A stretch of 64,000 bases of DNA from Calcarisporiella thermophila CBS 279.70 (Eukaryota > Fungi > Calcarisporiellomycota): NCBI RefSeq assembly GCF_041956535.1, contig NW_027192192.1, positions 1,119,796-1,183,795 of the forward strand. Reading direction: 5' to 3'. Each line of letters opens with the position of its first letter. Position 1 is the first letter of the stretch. Below the pieces are notes generated by a model. The model was not told the DNA's origin. It did no database searches and saw nothing but the letters and a program-made list of their open reading frames with translations. Both the position numbers and the translations under genes were made by a program. Positions 63,235 through 64,000 of this stretch are shown in pieces.

Positions 63235-64000
63235 TCACCTTAAAGCTACTTTCAGAGTGATAACTTCGAATGGTTTGAGATTGAGTTTAAGGCCCTCTTC
63301 AGGATGATACTGTAGGGTCAACTCAGTGTCCTCGAGTATATTGCATTGGTGAACACTTTCGATTGGGAGGGTACTAATTGTTTTGTTTTTAGATTATTTT
63401 AATAAACGGACCGAGAAATGGACTATATAGAATAGAGAAAATACCTTTTGACCGACACCCTCGCTTTTCCCCCATATGCTTCATACAAGCGTAGAATGAT
63501 CTCGTCCGAATCCTCTGCAAGTTTAACCGTCTCAATAAGGACATTCCGGGCGCCATGAAGGCTGAAGTAGGATGTAGGTTTCAAGTCGTCGCTGAACTTC
63601 CTCGAGCATATTCTAATAAGAATGAAGAATCAGACTTTATCCTTCACGTAAACGGCACTAGCTGATTCTATACCTAGTAATAAGTGGAATATTGAAACGA
63701 TAGGCCTGCTCCACCACGTCTGATTGCATGAAATGGCCCTCATGCGGATAAAGTGCATATTTTATGTAATGCTTTCCTAGGTCCGAATGTGCATCGGGAG
63801 CCTTGGGTGATCGCAAAAGTGAAAGCCTTATTACGTTGCCATGAGTAGCATAGCCATACTTGCAATCGTTTAAAAGTGCTACTCCGTAGCCGTACTCGGA
63901 GAGATCTGCATATTTATGTGCACAAACCTCGAATTTTGCTGCGTCCCAGGAAGTGTTATAGTGAGTGGGGCGCTCGATATGGCCGAATTGTGTTTCATAT
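63235..64000 (-). CDS. AMS1: Alpha-mannosidase (GH38, Ams1-like), 3' part; missed by the ORF track
   Basis: Manual minus-strand translation gives [50 protein letters not shown]...[37 protein letters not shown] and [11 protein letters not shown]. Confidence 0.93.

Overview
Gene-dense, intron-containing fungal genomic DNA, probably from an early-diverging lineage (Mucoromycota/Zoopagomycota-like; this is inferred from gene style only). There are two assembly gaps (16255-16713 and 49643-50353). About 24 protein genes are recognisable: class IV chitin synthase, class-3 lipase, Dma1-type FHA-RING, PAF-acetylhydrolase-like hydrolase, CWH43/PGAP2-like, pirin, PEX16, ubiquitin-AN1 fusion, NAP1, RAD26/CSB, TBC protein, RTT106, C2H2 and homeobox transcription factors, COPI-associated protein, TYR1, APSES factor, alpha-arrestin, RPL2, the 3' end of AMS1, and several secreted proteins. 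The most notable structure is an ~8.3 kb transposon island (42244-50559) bounded by two divergent tRNA genes, Leu-UAG and Pro-CGG. Three 5'-truncated L1/Tx1-like non-LTR copies, and probably a fourth short retroposon, sit head-to-head with these tRNAs. Their target-site duplications all begin 65-70 nt upstream of the tRNA although the target sequences are unrelated, which suggests position-specific tRNA targeting like Dictyostelium TRE5. The island also holds a deleted Ty3/Gypsy element whose left end is an inverted copy of its own LTR end (105-bp TIR-like structure), next to a tRNA-Gly-like unit. A second highlight is a secreted Kex2-type repeat precursor (10506-11801) predicted to release four related Asn-rich peptides, three with His-rich tails.
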